Part shown: in pieces, positions 8,665 through 18,014 of the stretch
How positions within the stretch are numbered: the first letter of the stretch is position 1
Layout of the letters: each line of letters begins with the position of its first letter
Origin: Vulcanimicrobiota bacterium
GTDB taxonomy: Bacteria > Vulcanimicrobiota > Vulcanimicrobiia > Vulcanimicrobiales > Vulcanimicrobiaceae
Reading direction: 5' to 3'
Length of the DNA: 64,000 bases
NCBI GenBank assembly: GCA_963820825.1
Contig: CAWGBN010000006.1
Location: 96,001-160,000 of the forward strand
Translations under genes and position numbers: made by a program
The notes under the pieces: model-generated
What the model was told of the DNA's origin: nothing
Database searches by the model: none
The model's input: the letters and a program-made list of their open reading frames with translations, nothing else

Positions 8665-9477
8665 TTATCGTTGACATCGCCGGCACCACCACGTCCCGCG
8701 GGCTGCGAGTACGGTGCGAACGATGCGCGCGCCGCAGCGCGGGCAAGGCCCACCGTCTCTGCCGTAGACCGAGAGGTTGTTTTGGAAACCACCTTGCAGT
8801 CCGTCGGCATCTACGTAGTCGTCGACGCTGGTTCCGCGCAGATCGACGGCGCGTTGCAGAATGTCGACGATGGCACGACGTAAGCGGCAAATCGCCGGTT
8901 TCCTCAAGCTCCGTGAGGGACGGCTCGGACGGATCCGAGCTTCCCACAGCGCTTCGCATGCATAGATGTTTCCGATGCCCGCGATGCGCCGTTGATCGAG
9001 GAGCAATGCCTTGACCGGCGTCGTCCGCCCCGACAGCATACCGATAAAGGCTTCATGTGTAAAGCCTGAGGAGAGCGGTTCGACGCCGAGTTCGCGGTCC
9101 CACGCTTCGCCCGGCTCCACGAGCCGCATTCGGCCGAAGGTTCGGACGTCCGAGAACCGCAGGCGGCCGCCCCCCGCGAAGTGCAGGATCACGTGCGTTC
9201 CCGGTAACTCGGGCCGCCCGTCGGCGGCGACGACGAGCCGTCCGGTCATACGCAGGCTGGTAACGAGCGACCGCCCCGAGGCCAGCTCGAGGATCGCATA
9301 CTTGCCGCGCCGGCGGACTCGGTCGATGCGCTCTCCGGCGACCGCACGCGCGAAGCGCACGCCTGCGGGTGCAACGGCGATTTTGGCCAGGCGAATCTCG
9401 GCACGTTCGATCGTCTTGCCGACGACCTTGCCGGCGAGACCGCGCACGATCGTCTCGACTTCGGGAAGCTCGGGCAT
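8665..9477 (-). CDS. mutM: Formamidopyrimidine-DNA glycosylase
   Basis: MPELPEVE N-terminus, RRGKY, LRMTG, GIGNIYA.E, C-terminal CPRC...CRRCQ zinc finger. Confidence 0.97.
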   Translation of the reverse strand: MPELPEVETIVRGLAGKVVGKTIERAEIRLAKIAVAPAGVRFARAVAGERIDRVRRRGKYAILELASGRSLVTSLRMTGRLVVAADGRPELPGTHVILHFAGGGRLRFSDVRTFGRMRLVEPGEAWDRELGVEPLSSGFTHEAFIGMLSGRTTPVKALLLDQRRIAGIGNIYACEALWEARIRPSRPSRSLRKPAICRLRRAIVDILQRAVDLRGTSVDDYVDADGLQGGFQNNLSVYGRDGGPCPRCGARIVRTVLAARGTWWCRRCQR

Positions 9478-9489
9478 TTGTAAAGTAGC

Positions 9490-9918
9490 TTACATAGTAG
9501 ATGAAGAAACGCCGCGCAGATCGAGTTTGACCTCAGCCGCGATGCCGTCTTTCGCCGCCTCGCCTGCGTGCAGCTCGATCACGTACTTCGCCGTGCCGCT
9601 CTCGCGCGCAATGGCCTCGTCGCCGATTCCCGCGCGCGGAACGGGAACGTCGGCGTAGACGCGCCGGACCGTGCCGTCTGCGGCGACGAAGATCATATCG
9701 AGCGGTACGAGCGTGTCTTTCATCCAGAAATCGACCGGCCCGTCCGCATCGAAGACGAAGATCATGCCGGTATGCGCCGGCACCGTCGTGCGATCCATCA
9801 AGCCGTGGGCGCGCTGTGCGTCGGTACGAGCGACTTCCAGGGTGAGGTCGGCACGCGGCGCGTGTACGACGACGGACGGCAGCGCGGTCGCGAGCATCGC
9901 CGCGAGGAGCTTAAACAC
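9490..9918 (-). CDS. DUF192-family protein
   Basis: EVA.T..QRA.GLM.R, GMIFVF, FWMKDTLVPLDMIF, YVIEL.AG. Confidence 0.9.
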   Translation of the reverse strand: MFKLLAAMLATALPSVVVHAPRADLTLEVARTDAQRAHGLMDRTTVPAHTGMIFVFDADGPVDFWMKDTLVPLDMIFVAADGTVRRVYADVPVPRAGIGDEAIARESGTAKYVIELHAGEAAKDGIAAEVKLDLRGVSSSTM

Positions 9919-12529
9919 GCTCGAGCGGCTCCGTTACGATCGGCTCGACGTCGTACCAACTCCGCCCCGCCTTGAGCGTCACTTCGAGCGGCACCGATAA
10001 CTCGATCGCTCGCTCCATATGATCGCGCACCAGCCCCGACGCTTCTGCGAGCCGGCTCTTGTGCACCTCGAAGATCAACTCGTCGTGGATCTGCAGGAGC
10101 ATCGTCGCATCGAGACCCGACTCGTCGAGGGCGCGGTCGATCCGCACCATCGCCAGCTTCATTAAATCTGCGGCGCTGCCTTGCAACGGTGCGTTCGTCG
10201 CTTCGCGCTCGGCCGCCGCGCGCAGCATGTAGTTTCCGGAGATGAGTCCGGGCATGTATCGCCGCCGGCCGAGAATCGTCGAAACGTATCCGGTGCGCCG
10301 CCCCTCTTCGATCGTCTGCTGGATGTACGCGCGCACTTCGGGAAAGCGCGCGAAGTACGCGGTCGTGATCTCCTTGGCCTCGGCGCGGCTGATCTCTAGA
10401 CGCTGCGCGAGTCCGAAATCCGACATGCCGTAGAAGAGCCCGAAGTTGACGCTCTTGGCCATCCGCCGCTGATTCGGATCGACGTGCTCGTTCGGGGCGA
10501 TATTGAAGATCTGACGCGCGGTGAAGTCGTGAATGTCCTGCGCCTCTTCGAAGGCGGTGCGCAGCGCGCGATCGCCCGAAAGATGAGCCATGAGTCGTAG
10601 CTCGATCTGGCTGTAATCGGCAGCGAGGAGCACGTACTCGTCGCTGCGCGCGACGAAGGCGCGGCGGATTCGCCGCCCGAGCTCGCCGCGAACGGGAATG
10701 TTCTGCAGGTTCGGATTCGTCGACGAGAGCCGGCCGGTGGCCGTCGCCGTCTGGTTGAACTCGGTGCGCAGCCGCCGGTCACGCGGGTCGACGAGCTGCG
10801 GAATTACGTCGACGTAGGTATTCTTGAGCTTGGTAACTTCGCGCCACTCCAAGACGAGCGCACAGATCGGATACTCGCGCGCCAAGCCTTGCAGCACCTC
10901 GACACCGGTCGCCCATCCGGTCTTGGTCTTCTTGCTTCCGGGGATCTGCAGCTTTCCAAAGAGGACTCTGCCGAGCTGCTGCGGCGAACCGATGTTGAAC
11001 TCTTCGCCGGCAAAGTCGTAGACTTGTTGCTGCAGGCGCGCCGCGGCCGCGTCGACCTCGCCGCCGATCGCATCGAGCTCGCGCGGATCGATCGTAACGC
11101 CGGCCGCTTCCATCTTCGCCAGCACCGGTGCGAGCGGAACCTCCACCTCGCAATAGAGGCGCAGCTGATCGCGCGCTTCGAGCTCCGCGCGCGCCTTTGC
11201 GACGATCTGCAGCGCCGCGTCGGCGCAGGCCGCCGCTTCGCCCGGCAGCTCCACACCGAGCAACTGTGCCGCCGCATCCTCGATATCGGCGTACCCGCGC
11301 GCCGGATCGAGCAGATGCGCGGCGATCATCGCATCGTCGGTGAAGCGGACCGGCGCCATGCCCGCCTCGCGCATAACGTGCAGGAGCCGTTTGGCGTCGT
11401 ACGCACCGGCCGAGTCGCCCGCAAGGAGGCTCGCAAGCGCGTCGCGCACGCCGGCGTCTTGCAGCGCGCCGCGCGCAAAGCTCACGCCCTCGCCGGCGCG
11501 CACGGTGATGCCGAGTTCGTCTCCCCGCATCGCCAGGACGGGGCTTGCGCTGCCCGCGAGCGCGCGCAACTCGCCGGCGAGGCGCGCGAACTCGGGAGCG
11601 TCGACGCAGTGGACGTAACTGCGATAGTTGCCGGCAAGCTTTGCGCCGGTATCGAAGAGCGGCAGATCCGACGGCGGCTGCAGCTTCGCGAGCAGCGTCT
11701 TGAATTCGAGATCGGCGTAGAGATGGTAGAGGTCGCGATCCGAAGGAACTTCGTACCGGCTGCTCTCCCAATCGATCGCGAGCGGAAGGTCGCGGCGCAC
11801 GATCGAGACGGCGCGGCAGAGACAGGCCTGTTGGCCGTATTGCTCGATCAACGCCTGCAGTTTCGGATTGCCGGCGAGCGCCGGATCGGCAACGAGCGCG
11901 TCGAGCGATCCTGCCGCTTGCAGCAGTTTGGTCGCGGTCTTCTCGCCGACGCCGGGAACGCCGGGAAGGTTATCCGACGGATCGCCTTTGAGACCGCGAA
12001 AATCGGGGAGTTGCTCGGGCTCGAGCCCGAAGCGTTCGCGAACCGCCGCCGAATCGTAGCGCCCGAGCTCCGTGATGCCGCGCCGCGTCGTCAGCACCGT
12101 CGTTCGTTCGTCGACGATCTGCAAGAGATCGAGGTCGCCGGTCACGACGACCGTCTGTTCGCCGGCCTCTTCGGCCTGGCGCGCGAGCGTCGCGATGACG
12201 TCGTCGGCCTCTTGCCCTTCGATCTCGACGATTGGAATGCGATACGTCTCGAGCACGCGCCGCACCAGCGCGAACTGGCTGCGCAGCTCGTCGGGCATGA
12301 CCCGTCGCTGCGCCTTATACTCGGCGAAGAGCGCGAGTCGATCGGCCGGCATGCCTTTGTCGAACGCGGCGAGCACGTGCGTCGGCTTTTCGTCGGCGAT
12401 GATCTTGTTGAGCATCATCGTAAAGCCGTAGACGGCGTTGATCGGCATGCCTCGGCTCGTCGTCAATCCGGGCAGGGCGAAGAACGCCCGGTAGACGAGG
12501 CCGTAGGTGTCGAGCAGCATCAGTGCCAT
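9911..12529 (-). CDS. polA: DNA polymerase I
   Basis: 5'-3' exonuclease (YRAFFALP, EADDVIATL, GDPSDNLPGVPGVGEKTA) and Pol A motifs (TGRLSS..PNLQNIP, ADYSQIELR, K.VNFG..YG, LQIHDEL). Confidence 0.98.
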   Translation of the reverse strand: MALMLLDTYGLVYRAFFALPGLTTSRGMPINAVYGFTMMLNKIIADEKPTHVLAAFDKGMPADRLALFAEYKAQRRVMPDELRSQFALVRRVLETYRIPIVEIEGQEADDVIATLARQAEEAGEQTVVVTGDLDLLQIVDERTTVLTTRRGITELGRYDSAAVRERFGLEPEQLPDFRGLKGDPSDNLPGVPGVGEKTATKLLQAAGSLDALVADPALAGNPKLQALIEQYGQQACLCRAVSIVRRDLPLAIDWESSRYEVPSDRDLYHLYADLEFKTLLAKLQPPSDLPLFDTGAKLAGNYRSYVHCVDAPEFARLAGELRALAGSASPVLAMRGDELGITVRAGEGVSFARGALQDAGVRDALASLLAGDSAGAYDAKRLLHVMREAGMAPVRFTDDAMIAAHLLDPARGYADIEDAAAQLLGVELPGEAAACADAALQIVAKARAELEARDQLRLYCEVEVPLAPVLAKMEAAGVTIDPRELDAIGGEVDAAAARLQQQVYDFAGEEFNIGSPQQLGRVLFGKLQIPGSKKTKTGWATGVEVLQGLAREYPICALVLEWREVTKLKNTYVDVIPQLVDPRDRRLRTEFNQTATATGRLSSTNPNLQNIPVRGELGRRIRRAFVARSDEYVLLAADYSQIELRLMAHLSGDRALRTAFEEAQDIHDFTARQIFNIAPNEHVDPNQRRMAKSVNFGLFYGMSDFGLAQRLEISRAEAKEITTAYFARFPEVRAYIQQTIEEGRRTGYVSTILGRRRYMPGLISGNYMLRAAAEREATNAPLQGSAADLMKLAMVRIDRALDESGLDATMLLQIHDELIFEVHKSRLAEASGLVRDHMERAIELSVPLEVTLKAGRSWYDVEPIVTEPLERV

Positions 12530-12545
12530 CGTTATCGGTGCCCCA

Positions 12546-14894
12546 TCATCGCACGATCACCGTCGACGAACCCGCCGTTACGCTTCCGTCATCGGCGATT
12601 CCGAGCACCGAGAGATCGTATCTGCCGCTGCGCTGTGGAAGTTCGATCGCGATCGCACCGCCCGCCGTCCGGGTGACGTCCCACGAGATCGCCTCGGTCT
12701 CGGCTTGAGCGAGCGAGAGCTCCGGCGGCGGTTGCGTGCGGCGCACGAACCCGAGTGCCTGCGCGCGATCGCCGGTCGAGCGCACCCAGGGGTGCCACGT
12801 TACCGTACCGGGCGCGCTGTTCTGCGTCGTGCTGACGCCGATCGCGAGCAGCGATGGAGCCGAACGAAAGAGCGCGCTGCCGGACGGTGCTCCGCGGCTG
12901 ATCCGCACGACGAACGTTTGCGGACCCGTCGATCCGCCGTCGAATGCAATCTTCGCCGCTTCTCCCGGAGCGAAGACCCCGCTGCTCAATGCGAGCTGCG
13001 CGGAGTGCGGCCGTCCCGGCGCCGCGAGCACGACCGGCACGGTGTTCCATTCGATCGCGCCGCCGCGGACGAATGCCGCACCGACGCTCAACTCGCCCGC
13101 CGCATCGGTCGCCGCTAGACGCGCGACGGCGTGTCCTTGCGAGACCCGCACGACGCGAAGCTCGACGCCGAGCGCGCTCTCGAAGGTGATCAATGCGTCG
13201 CCCTGCGATCCCGAAGCGTCGGCGTCGACGGTAATCTCGTCGCCGGGCCGATAGACGTCGCGGTCGAGGTGCACGTGCACGTCCGCGCTGCCCCCTTCGA
13301 CCGGCGCGGACGCCTGCGGATCGATACGCACTTGTGCCGCATCGATCGCTCGCCCGCCGCGATCGATCCAAGCGAGCAGAAAGTTCGTACCGAGATCGGG
13401 CGCGCTGAATGCGCCGCGAGCGTGGCCGCGCGCATCGAGAGTGAGATTCTGCTGCGAGCGCGAGATGCCGTGCGCGAGCGCGACGCTCACCGTCGCACCG
13501 GCGAGCGGTTTTCCCTCGAGGGTGTTGGCGTAGACGTCGAAGCCGAGCGGCGTGCCGATGCTCTGCTCGGCCCGATCGAGTTCCAAGCGGATCGCCGCAT
13601 CGGCCGTCGGCACGATCACGCGCGTCGCCGCGGTCGCGCCGCCCGATTCGACCCGGACGCCGTACGTCGAACCGAACTCATCGCTCGGATGCGGAACGAG
13701 CACGGTTGCGTTTCCGCTTTCGTCGGTCGTAACGGCAGCACCGAACCAAGGAGTCGCCGCCCACGGCGCGTTTTCGGGGATCTCGCCCGCATACACGTGC
13801 GGCGAGCGCACTACGGTCACGCGCACCGAAACGCCGCCCCGCGACGAATGGACGGACAACGGTACGTCGTGACGGGAGTCGCACGTACCGTTGCAGGCGG
13901 CGCCGATCTCCAGCGAGAGTCCGCCGGCGTTTGCGTCGACGTCGAGCGTCGCACCACCGATACCGCCGCCGGCCTGCGCGAGCACCGTGTACTCGCCGGC
14001 CGGCGCGTTCTGCGGTATGGCGAACGATGCGGTGAACGCACCCGCGGCATCGAGCGGTACGCGTTGCTCCGCGATCGGGGTCGCGCCGTTGCGCAGCGAG
14101 ATCGCCGCGCTCCCGGTGCTGGGGCGCAGAACTCCGCGCAGGCGCGTTCGCGCGAAGCCGGCGATGCGGACGCTCTCACCCGCGTGCACGACCGCGGAAT
14201 CGGTTCGCACGCCGACGATCGTCTCCGGGAGCGGCGGTTGCGGAAGCAGACTTAAGAAGGCATAGCTGCTTCCCCACTGCGCGAGCGCGAAGACCGGGCG
14301 CGGCGAGCGATTCCAGCGCACGAGACCGTCGCGATCGGTCATCGCCGTCACGAAGCTGCGATTGACGACAAACGCAACGCGCATGCGCGCGAGCGGACTG
14401 CCCGTTCCAAGATCGCCGGCATAGAGGAGCAAGCCGCCCGGCGTCTCCTTCGAGATCAAACCGACGCGCGAGCGATTGATCCAGACTTGCTCGCCGACGT
14501 CGCCGCGGCGCGCCTCGACGACGAAGAAACCTTCACGGCTACCGAGCGGGACGTTCACTGCGTTCGATTGGAACTGGTATCCACCCGGCGGCGTAAAGGT
14601 AAACGAGAGCGTCGCGCGCCGCCCGGCGGTGACGATCGCGCGCGGACTGAAGTTCGACCCGGCGGTCAGTACGTCTGCCGGATCGACCTGATAGACCGAG
14701 ATCGCGACGGGAGAGCTCGAATAGGTATCCAAGCGAACCGTAGTCGGCTTCCACGGTACGCTCGAATCCGCGGCAAAGAGTTGAAAATTTGCATCCAGCC
14801 GGTGGAGGTCGACGATCTGGCGCTCGGCGCGAACCGGCGCCGCTGCGGCTGCGACGGCAATCAAACCGGCGAGCAGTAAACGAGCAGGCTGCAT
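12546..14894 (-). CDS. Secreted alpha-2-macroglobulin-like MG-domain protein lacking a thioester domain
   Basis: Signal peptide from ATG 14894; MG-like segments VRTDSAVVHAGESV and LDRDVYRPGDEITV; C-terminus resembles the A2M domain; no CxEQ motif. Confidence 0.6.
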   Translation of the reverse strand: MQPARLLLAGLIAVAAAAAPVRAERQIVDLHRLDANFQLFAADSSVPWKPTTVRLDTYSSSPVAISVYQVDPADVLTAGSNFSPRAIVTAGRRATLSFTFTPPGGYQFQSNAVNVPLGSREGFFVVEARRGDVGEQVWINRSRVGLISKETPGGLLLYAGDLGTGSPLARMRVAFVVNRSFVTAMTDRDGLVRWNRSPRPVFALAQWGSSYAFLSLLPQPPLPETIVGVRTDSAVVHAGESVRIAGFARTRLRGVLRPSTGSAAISLRNGATPIAEQRVPLDAAGAFTASFAIPQNAPAGEYTVLAQAGGGIGGATLDVDANAGGLSLEIGAACNGTCDSRHDVPLSVHSSRGGVSVRVTVVRSPHVYAGEIPENAPWAATPWFGAAVTTDESGNATVLVPHPSDEFGSTYGVRVESGGATAATRVIVPTADAAIRLELDRAEQSIGTPLGFDVYANTLEGKPLAGATVSVALAHGISRSQQNLTLDARGHARGAFSAPDLGTNFLLAWIDRGGRAIDAAQVRIDPQASAPVEGGSADVHVHLDRDVYRPGDEITVDADASGSQGDALITFESALGVELRVVRVSQGHAVARLAATDAAGELSVGAAFVRGGAIEWNTVPVVLAAPGRPHSAQLALSSGVFAPGEAAKIAFDGGSTGPQTFVVRISRGAPSGSALFRSAPSLLAIGVSTTQNSAPGTVTWHPWVRSTGDRAQALGFVRRTQPPPELSLAQAETEAISWDVTRTAGGAIAIELPQRSGRYDLSVLGIADDGSVTAGSSTVIVR

Positions 14895-14949
14895 GCGTCT
14901 GCGCTGCTTCGGCAGGTCGAAGTACGAAGCCCGCGTAAAGCGCAACAGC

Positions 14950-15117
14950 GTGGACGAACAGGCGGCAGGAGAACGCCCCACCTCGACGCGATGCCGTTTC
15001 TGCGGCTTCGAAGAGGGAGCAGACGATGCGCGGAGCGTGCGCGAGAAGGCACACTTTCAGGTCGTCGTCGCCTGCGGATCGTGCGGCCATCCCTTCGCGG
15101 TTCTCGCGCGAAACTGA
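14950..15117 (+). CDS. Small zinc-ribbon protein (55 aa)
   Basis: GTG start; RCRFCG...ACGSCGHPF gives two CxxC knuckles; fills the intergenic gap and ends 4 bp before the next gene. Confidence 0.6.
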   Translation: MDEQAAGERPTSTRCRFCGFEEGADDARSVREKAHFQVVVACGSCGHPFAVLARN

Positions 15118-15121
15118 CCGC

Positions 15122-15673
15122 GTGAAGAACGTTTCGGTCGCACTCGCGACGCTCGCGATGGTCGTCGCTACCGCGCTTCCGGCATTGGCGGCGACGCCCT
15201 CACCCAAGCCGAAGCCGGCGCCGACACGCGTCGTAATCGAGCTGCCGAACATTCCACTGCACTCGGAAGTCGTCGTCGAAGTCAATGCCAAGGGGCAAGT
15301 CGTCCGCGTGAAGTCGACGAAACCGTCGAAACGAGCTTCGTTCAATTTTCAGACGTACGGCAACGCCTTGCAGATGTGGATCCGGCGCCCCGATGGCAGC
15401 GCGCAGGTCGGCCTCTACCGCGTTACCTACGATTACACTCCGAAGACCCACAACGTTACGCGGCACGTCGCGCTGATCTCGGCCGGCGGTAACTGGGCGA
15501 ACGATCCGGGCGCGGCCAACGTCATGGTCGAGATGGAGAAGAAACAAGCCGCGGCCGCCGCCGAAACGGAACGCAAAGAACAAGAACAGATCAACAAACT
15601 CCCCTCGCTCAACGAGATCCGCGGCTCACCGAGCCCGAAGCCGACCCACGCCGCGACGCTGCCGCCTGATTGA
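15122..15673 (+). CDS. Secreted protein with a TonB C-terminal-like segment
   Basis: Signal peptide, PSPKPKP linker, VVVEVNAKGQVVRVK..KPS...FN pattern resembling TonB_C. Confidence 0.55.
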   Translation: MKNVSVALATLAMVVATALPALAATPSPKPKPAPTRVVIELPNIPLHSEVVVEVNAKGQVVRVKSTKPSKRASFNFQTYGNALQMWIRRPDGSAQVGLYRVTYDYTPKTHNVTRHVALISAGGNWANDPGAANVMVEMEKKQAAAAAETERKEQEQINKLPSLNEIRGSPSPKPTHAATLPPD

Positions 15674-16518
15674 GACTCGTCACCTACCGGACGCCGGACG
15701 GACGGATGCGGCCGGGAGTGCTCGAGGGCGAGATGATTCGCACCATTGCATCGCCGACGATGCTCGACTACATCGCGCTCGCACCGCACGAACGGATCGC
15801 CTGGCACACACCCGACGACCTGGTTCCGCTCGCCGGCGCCGTACTCGACGCGCCGCTTCGCCCCACACGCAACGTCTTCTGCGTCGGCCGGAACTACCTC
15901 GAGCACGCGACCGAGGGCGCGCGCGCGGCCGGCCGCGAGTTGAAGCTGCCCGACGTACCGACGTTCTTTACCAAAGCCTCCACCGCGATCGCCGCGCCCG
16001 GGGCGACGCTGCAGTTGAGCGCGTCGATCTCGCGCGAATACGATTTCGAGGCGGAGCTCGCGGTCGTCATCGGCGTGCGCTGCAAGAACGTGCCCGAAGC
16101 GGAGGCGCTCCACGTCGTCTTCGGTTATACCGCGATCAACGATCTGACCGCCCGCGACCTGCAGCGCGCGCACCATCAGTGGTTTAAAGGAAAGAGCCTC
16201 GACGATACCGCTCCGGTCGGACCGTGGATCGTCACTCCCGAGGAGGTCGGCGACCCCCACGCGCTCGAGCTTCGCCTGCGTCTCAACGGCGTGGAGAAGC
16301 AGCATAGCAACACCGGAAAGATGATCTTTCGGGTACCGCGGATCATCGCGGAGCTGAGCAAGGGAATGACGCTGCTTCCCGGCGACCTGATCGCGACCGG
16401 CACGCCCGAGGGCGTCGGCTTCGCGCGGACCCCACCGGAATTTCTCACCGACGGCGACGTCCTTGAGGTCGATATCGAGCGGATCGGCGTTCTGCGCAAC
16501 GCCCTCCATATCGCGTAA
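15670..16518 (+). CDS. Fumarylacetoacetate hydrolase family protein
   Basis: CVGRNY.EH, DFEAELAVVIG, NDLTARDLQ, KGKSLD, PGDLIATGTPEGVG. Confidence 0.93.
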   Translation: MRLVTYRTPDGRMRPGVLEGEMIRTIASPTMLDYIALAPHERIAWHTPDDLVPLAGAVLDAPLRPTRNVFCVGRNYLEHATEGARAAGRELKLPDVPTFFTKASTAIAAPGATLQLSASISREYDFEAELAVVIGVRCKNVPEAEALHVVFGYTAINDLTARDLQRAHHQWFKGKSLDDTAPVGPWIVTPEEVGDPHALELRLRLNGVEKQHSNTGKMIFRVPRIIAELSKGMTLLPGDLIATGTPEGVGFARTPPEFLTDGDVLEVDIERIGVLRNALHIA

Positions 16519-16587
16519 CGCCGCGGTCGTCTCGTCGGTCAAACGAAGGGCGCGGTCGCATCGGAGCCGTATGACAAGCCCCCGAGT

Positions 16588-17706
16588 ATGATTATTGCCG
16601 TTCCTCGCGAGGCTGCGGTAAAGGAGCGCAGGGTGGCGCTCGTGCCCGAAACCGTTGCGCGATTCGTCAAGTTGGGTGCCGGCGTCCGCATTCAGCGCGG
16701 TGCCGGCAATGCAGCCGCCTTCCCCGACGAGCTCTACGGCGCCGCGGGCGCGAGCTTCGCCGACGACGCGCGCGCGCTCGCCGGCGACGCCGATGCCATC
16801 GTTACCGTCGGGCGCCCGAGTGACGAGGTGCTTGCCGCGCTTCGCCCCGGCAGCGTAATCGTCGGTTTTCTCAATCCACTCGGCGACCCGGCCTACGTCG
16901 AACGGCTCGCGCAAGCGCGGGTAACGGCTCTTGCGATGGAGATGATTCCACGGATCACGCGCGCGCAGTCAATGGACGCGCTCTCGTCGCAGAGCAACAT
17001 CGCGGGCTATAAAGCGGTTCTCCTCGGAGCGGCGGCGTTGCCGAAGTTCTTTCCGATGCTCACGACCGCGGCGGGCACGATCGCGCCGGCAAAAGTCTTG
17101 GTGCTCGGTGCCGGCGTCGCCGGATTGCAAGCGATTGCGACCGCGCGCCGCCTCGGTGCGGTCGTCAGCGGCTACGACGTCCGTGCCGTCGTCAAGGAGC
17201 AAGTCTTATCGCTGGGTGCCGCCTTCCTCGAGTTCGATCTCGGGGGCGACGCCGAAGGCGCGGGGGGTTACGCGAAGGAGCTCACGCCGGAGCAGCAGGA
17301 GCGCCAACGCGCGTGGATGGTCGAGCAGATCGGCGCGAACGACGTCGTGATCACGACCGCGCTCGTTCCCGGCCGAAAGGCTCCGGTACTGATCACCGAG
17401 GCGGCGGTCGCAGCGATGAAACCGGGAAGCGTCGTCGTCGATTTGGCGGCCGAGGCGGGCGGGAACTGCGCGCTGACCGTTACCGACGAAATCGTCACAT
17501 CGCCCAACGGCGTCACCATCATCGGCACGACGAATTTACCCGGGACGATGCCGGCCGATGCCAGCCGCCTCTACTCACGCAACGTCTTCGCGCTGCTCTC
17601 GCCGTGGATCAAGGACGGCACGCTCGCGATCGATCCCGCCGACGACGTTGCGAAGGGAGCGGTCATCGCCCGCGATGGCGAGGCCCTCGGCCGAGGAGGA
17701 TCGTGA
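16588..17706 (+). CDS. pntAA: NAD(P) transhydrogenase subunit alpha part 1 (dI)
   Basis: ERRVALVP, PRITRAQSMDALSSQ, GAGVAGLQAI, GGYAKE, VDLAAE.GGNC. Confidence 0.95.
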   Translation: MIIAVPREAAVKERRVALVPETVARFVKLGAGVRIQRGAGNAAAFPDELYGAAGASFADDARALAGDADAIVTVGRPSDEVLAALRPGSVIVGFLNPLGDPAYVERLAQARVTALAMEMIPRITRAQSMDALSSQSNIAGYKAVLLGAAALPKFFPMLTTAAGTIAPAKVLVLGAGVAGLQAIATARRLGAVVSGYDVRAVVKEQVLSLGAAFLEFDLGGDAEGAGGYAKELTPEQQERQRAWMVEQIGANDVVITTALVPGRKAPVLITEAAVAAMKPGSVVVDLAAEAGGNCALTVTDEIVTSPNGVTIIGTTNLPGTMPADASRLYSRNVFALLSPWIKDGTLAIDPADDVAKGAVIARDGEALGRGGS

Positions 17707-18014
17707 TGGACGTAGCCCACTACATCGAGTTGCTGACCGTACTCGTGCTCGCCGTCTTCGTCGGCTTCGAGGTGATCTCGAAGGTGCCGACGACGTTGCA
17801 CACGCCGTTGATGTCGGCGACGAACGCGATTCACGGAATCGTCCTCGCCGGCGCGATCGTCATCGTCGCGCGCCTTCTCACCGGAAGCGCCGAGATTGGA
17901 TTGACGATTCTCGCCATCGCGGCGGTTACGCTCGGCGCGATCAACGTCTTCGGCGGTTTCGCCGTGACCGAGCGCATGCTGCAAATGTTCAAGCGTAAGG
18001 AGCCGGGCAAGTGA
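17706..18014 (+). CDS. pntAB: NAD(P) transhydrogenase subunit alpha part 2
   Basis: VPTTLHTPLMSATNAIHG, INVFGGFAVTERMLQMF; ATG 17706. Confidence 0.95.
   Translation: MDVAHYIELLTVLVLAVFVGFEVISKVPTTLHTPLMSATNAIHGIVLAGAIVIVARLLTGSAEIGLTILAIAAVTLGAINVFGGFAVTERMLQMFKRKEPGK

Noticed and set aside
8637..8810. 58-aa N-terminal extension of S1 from the ORF-track ATG at 8810
   Set aside because: Lies inside the mutM coding region, has no RBS and does not resemble S1
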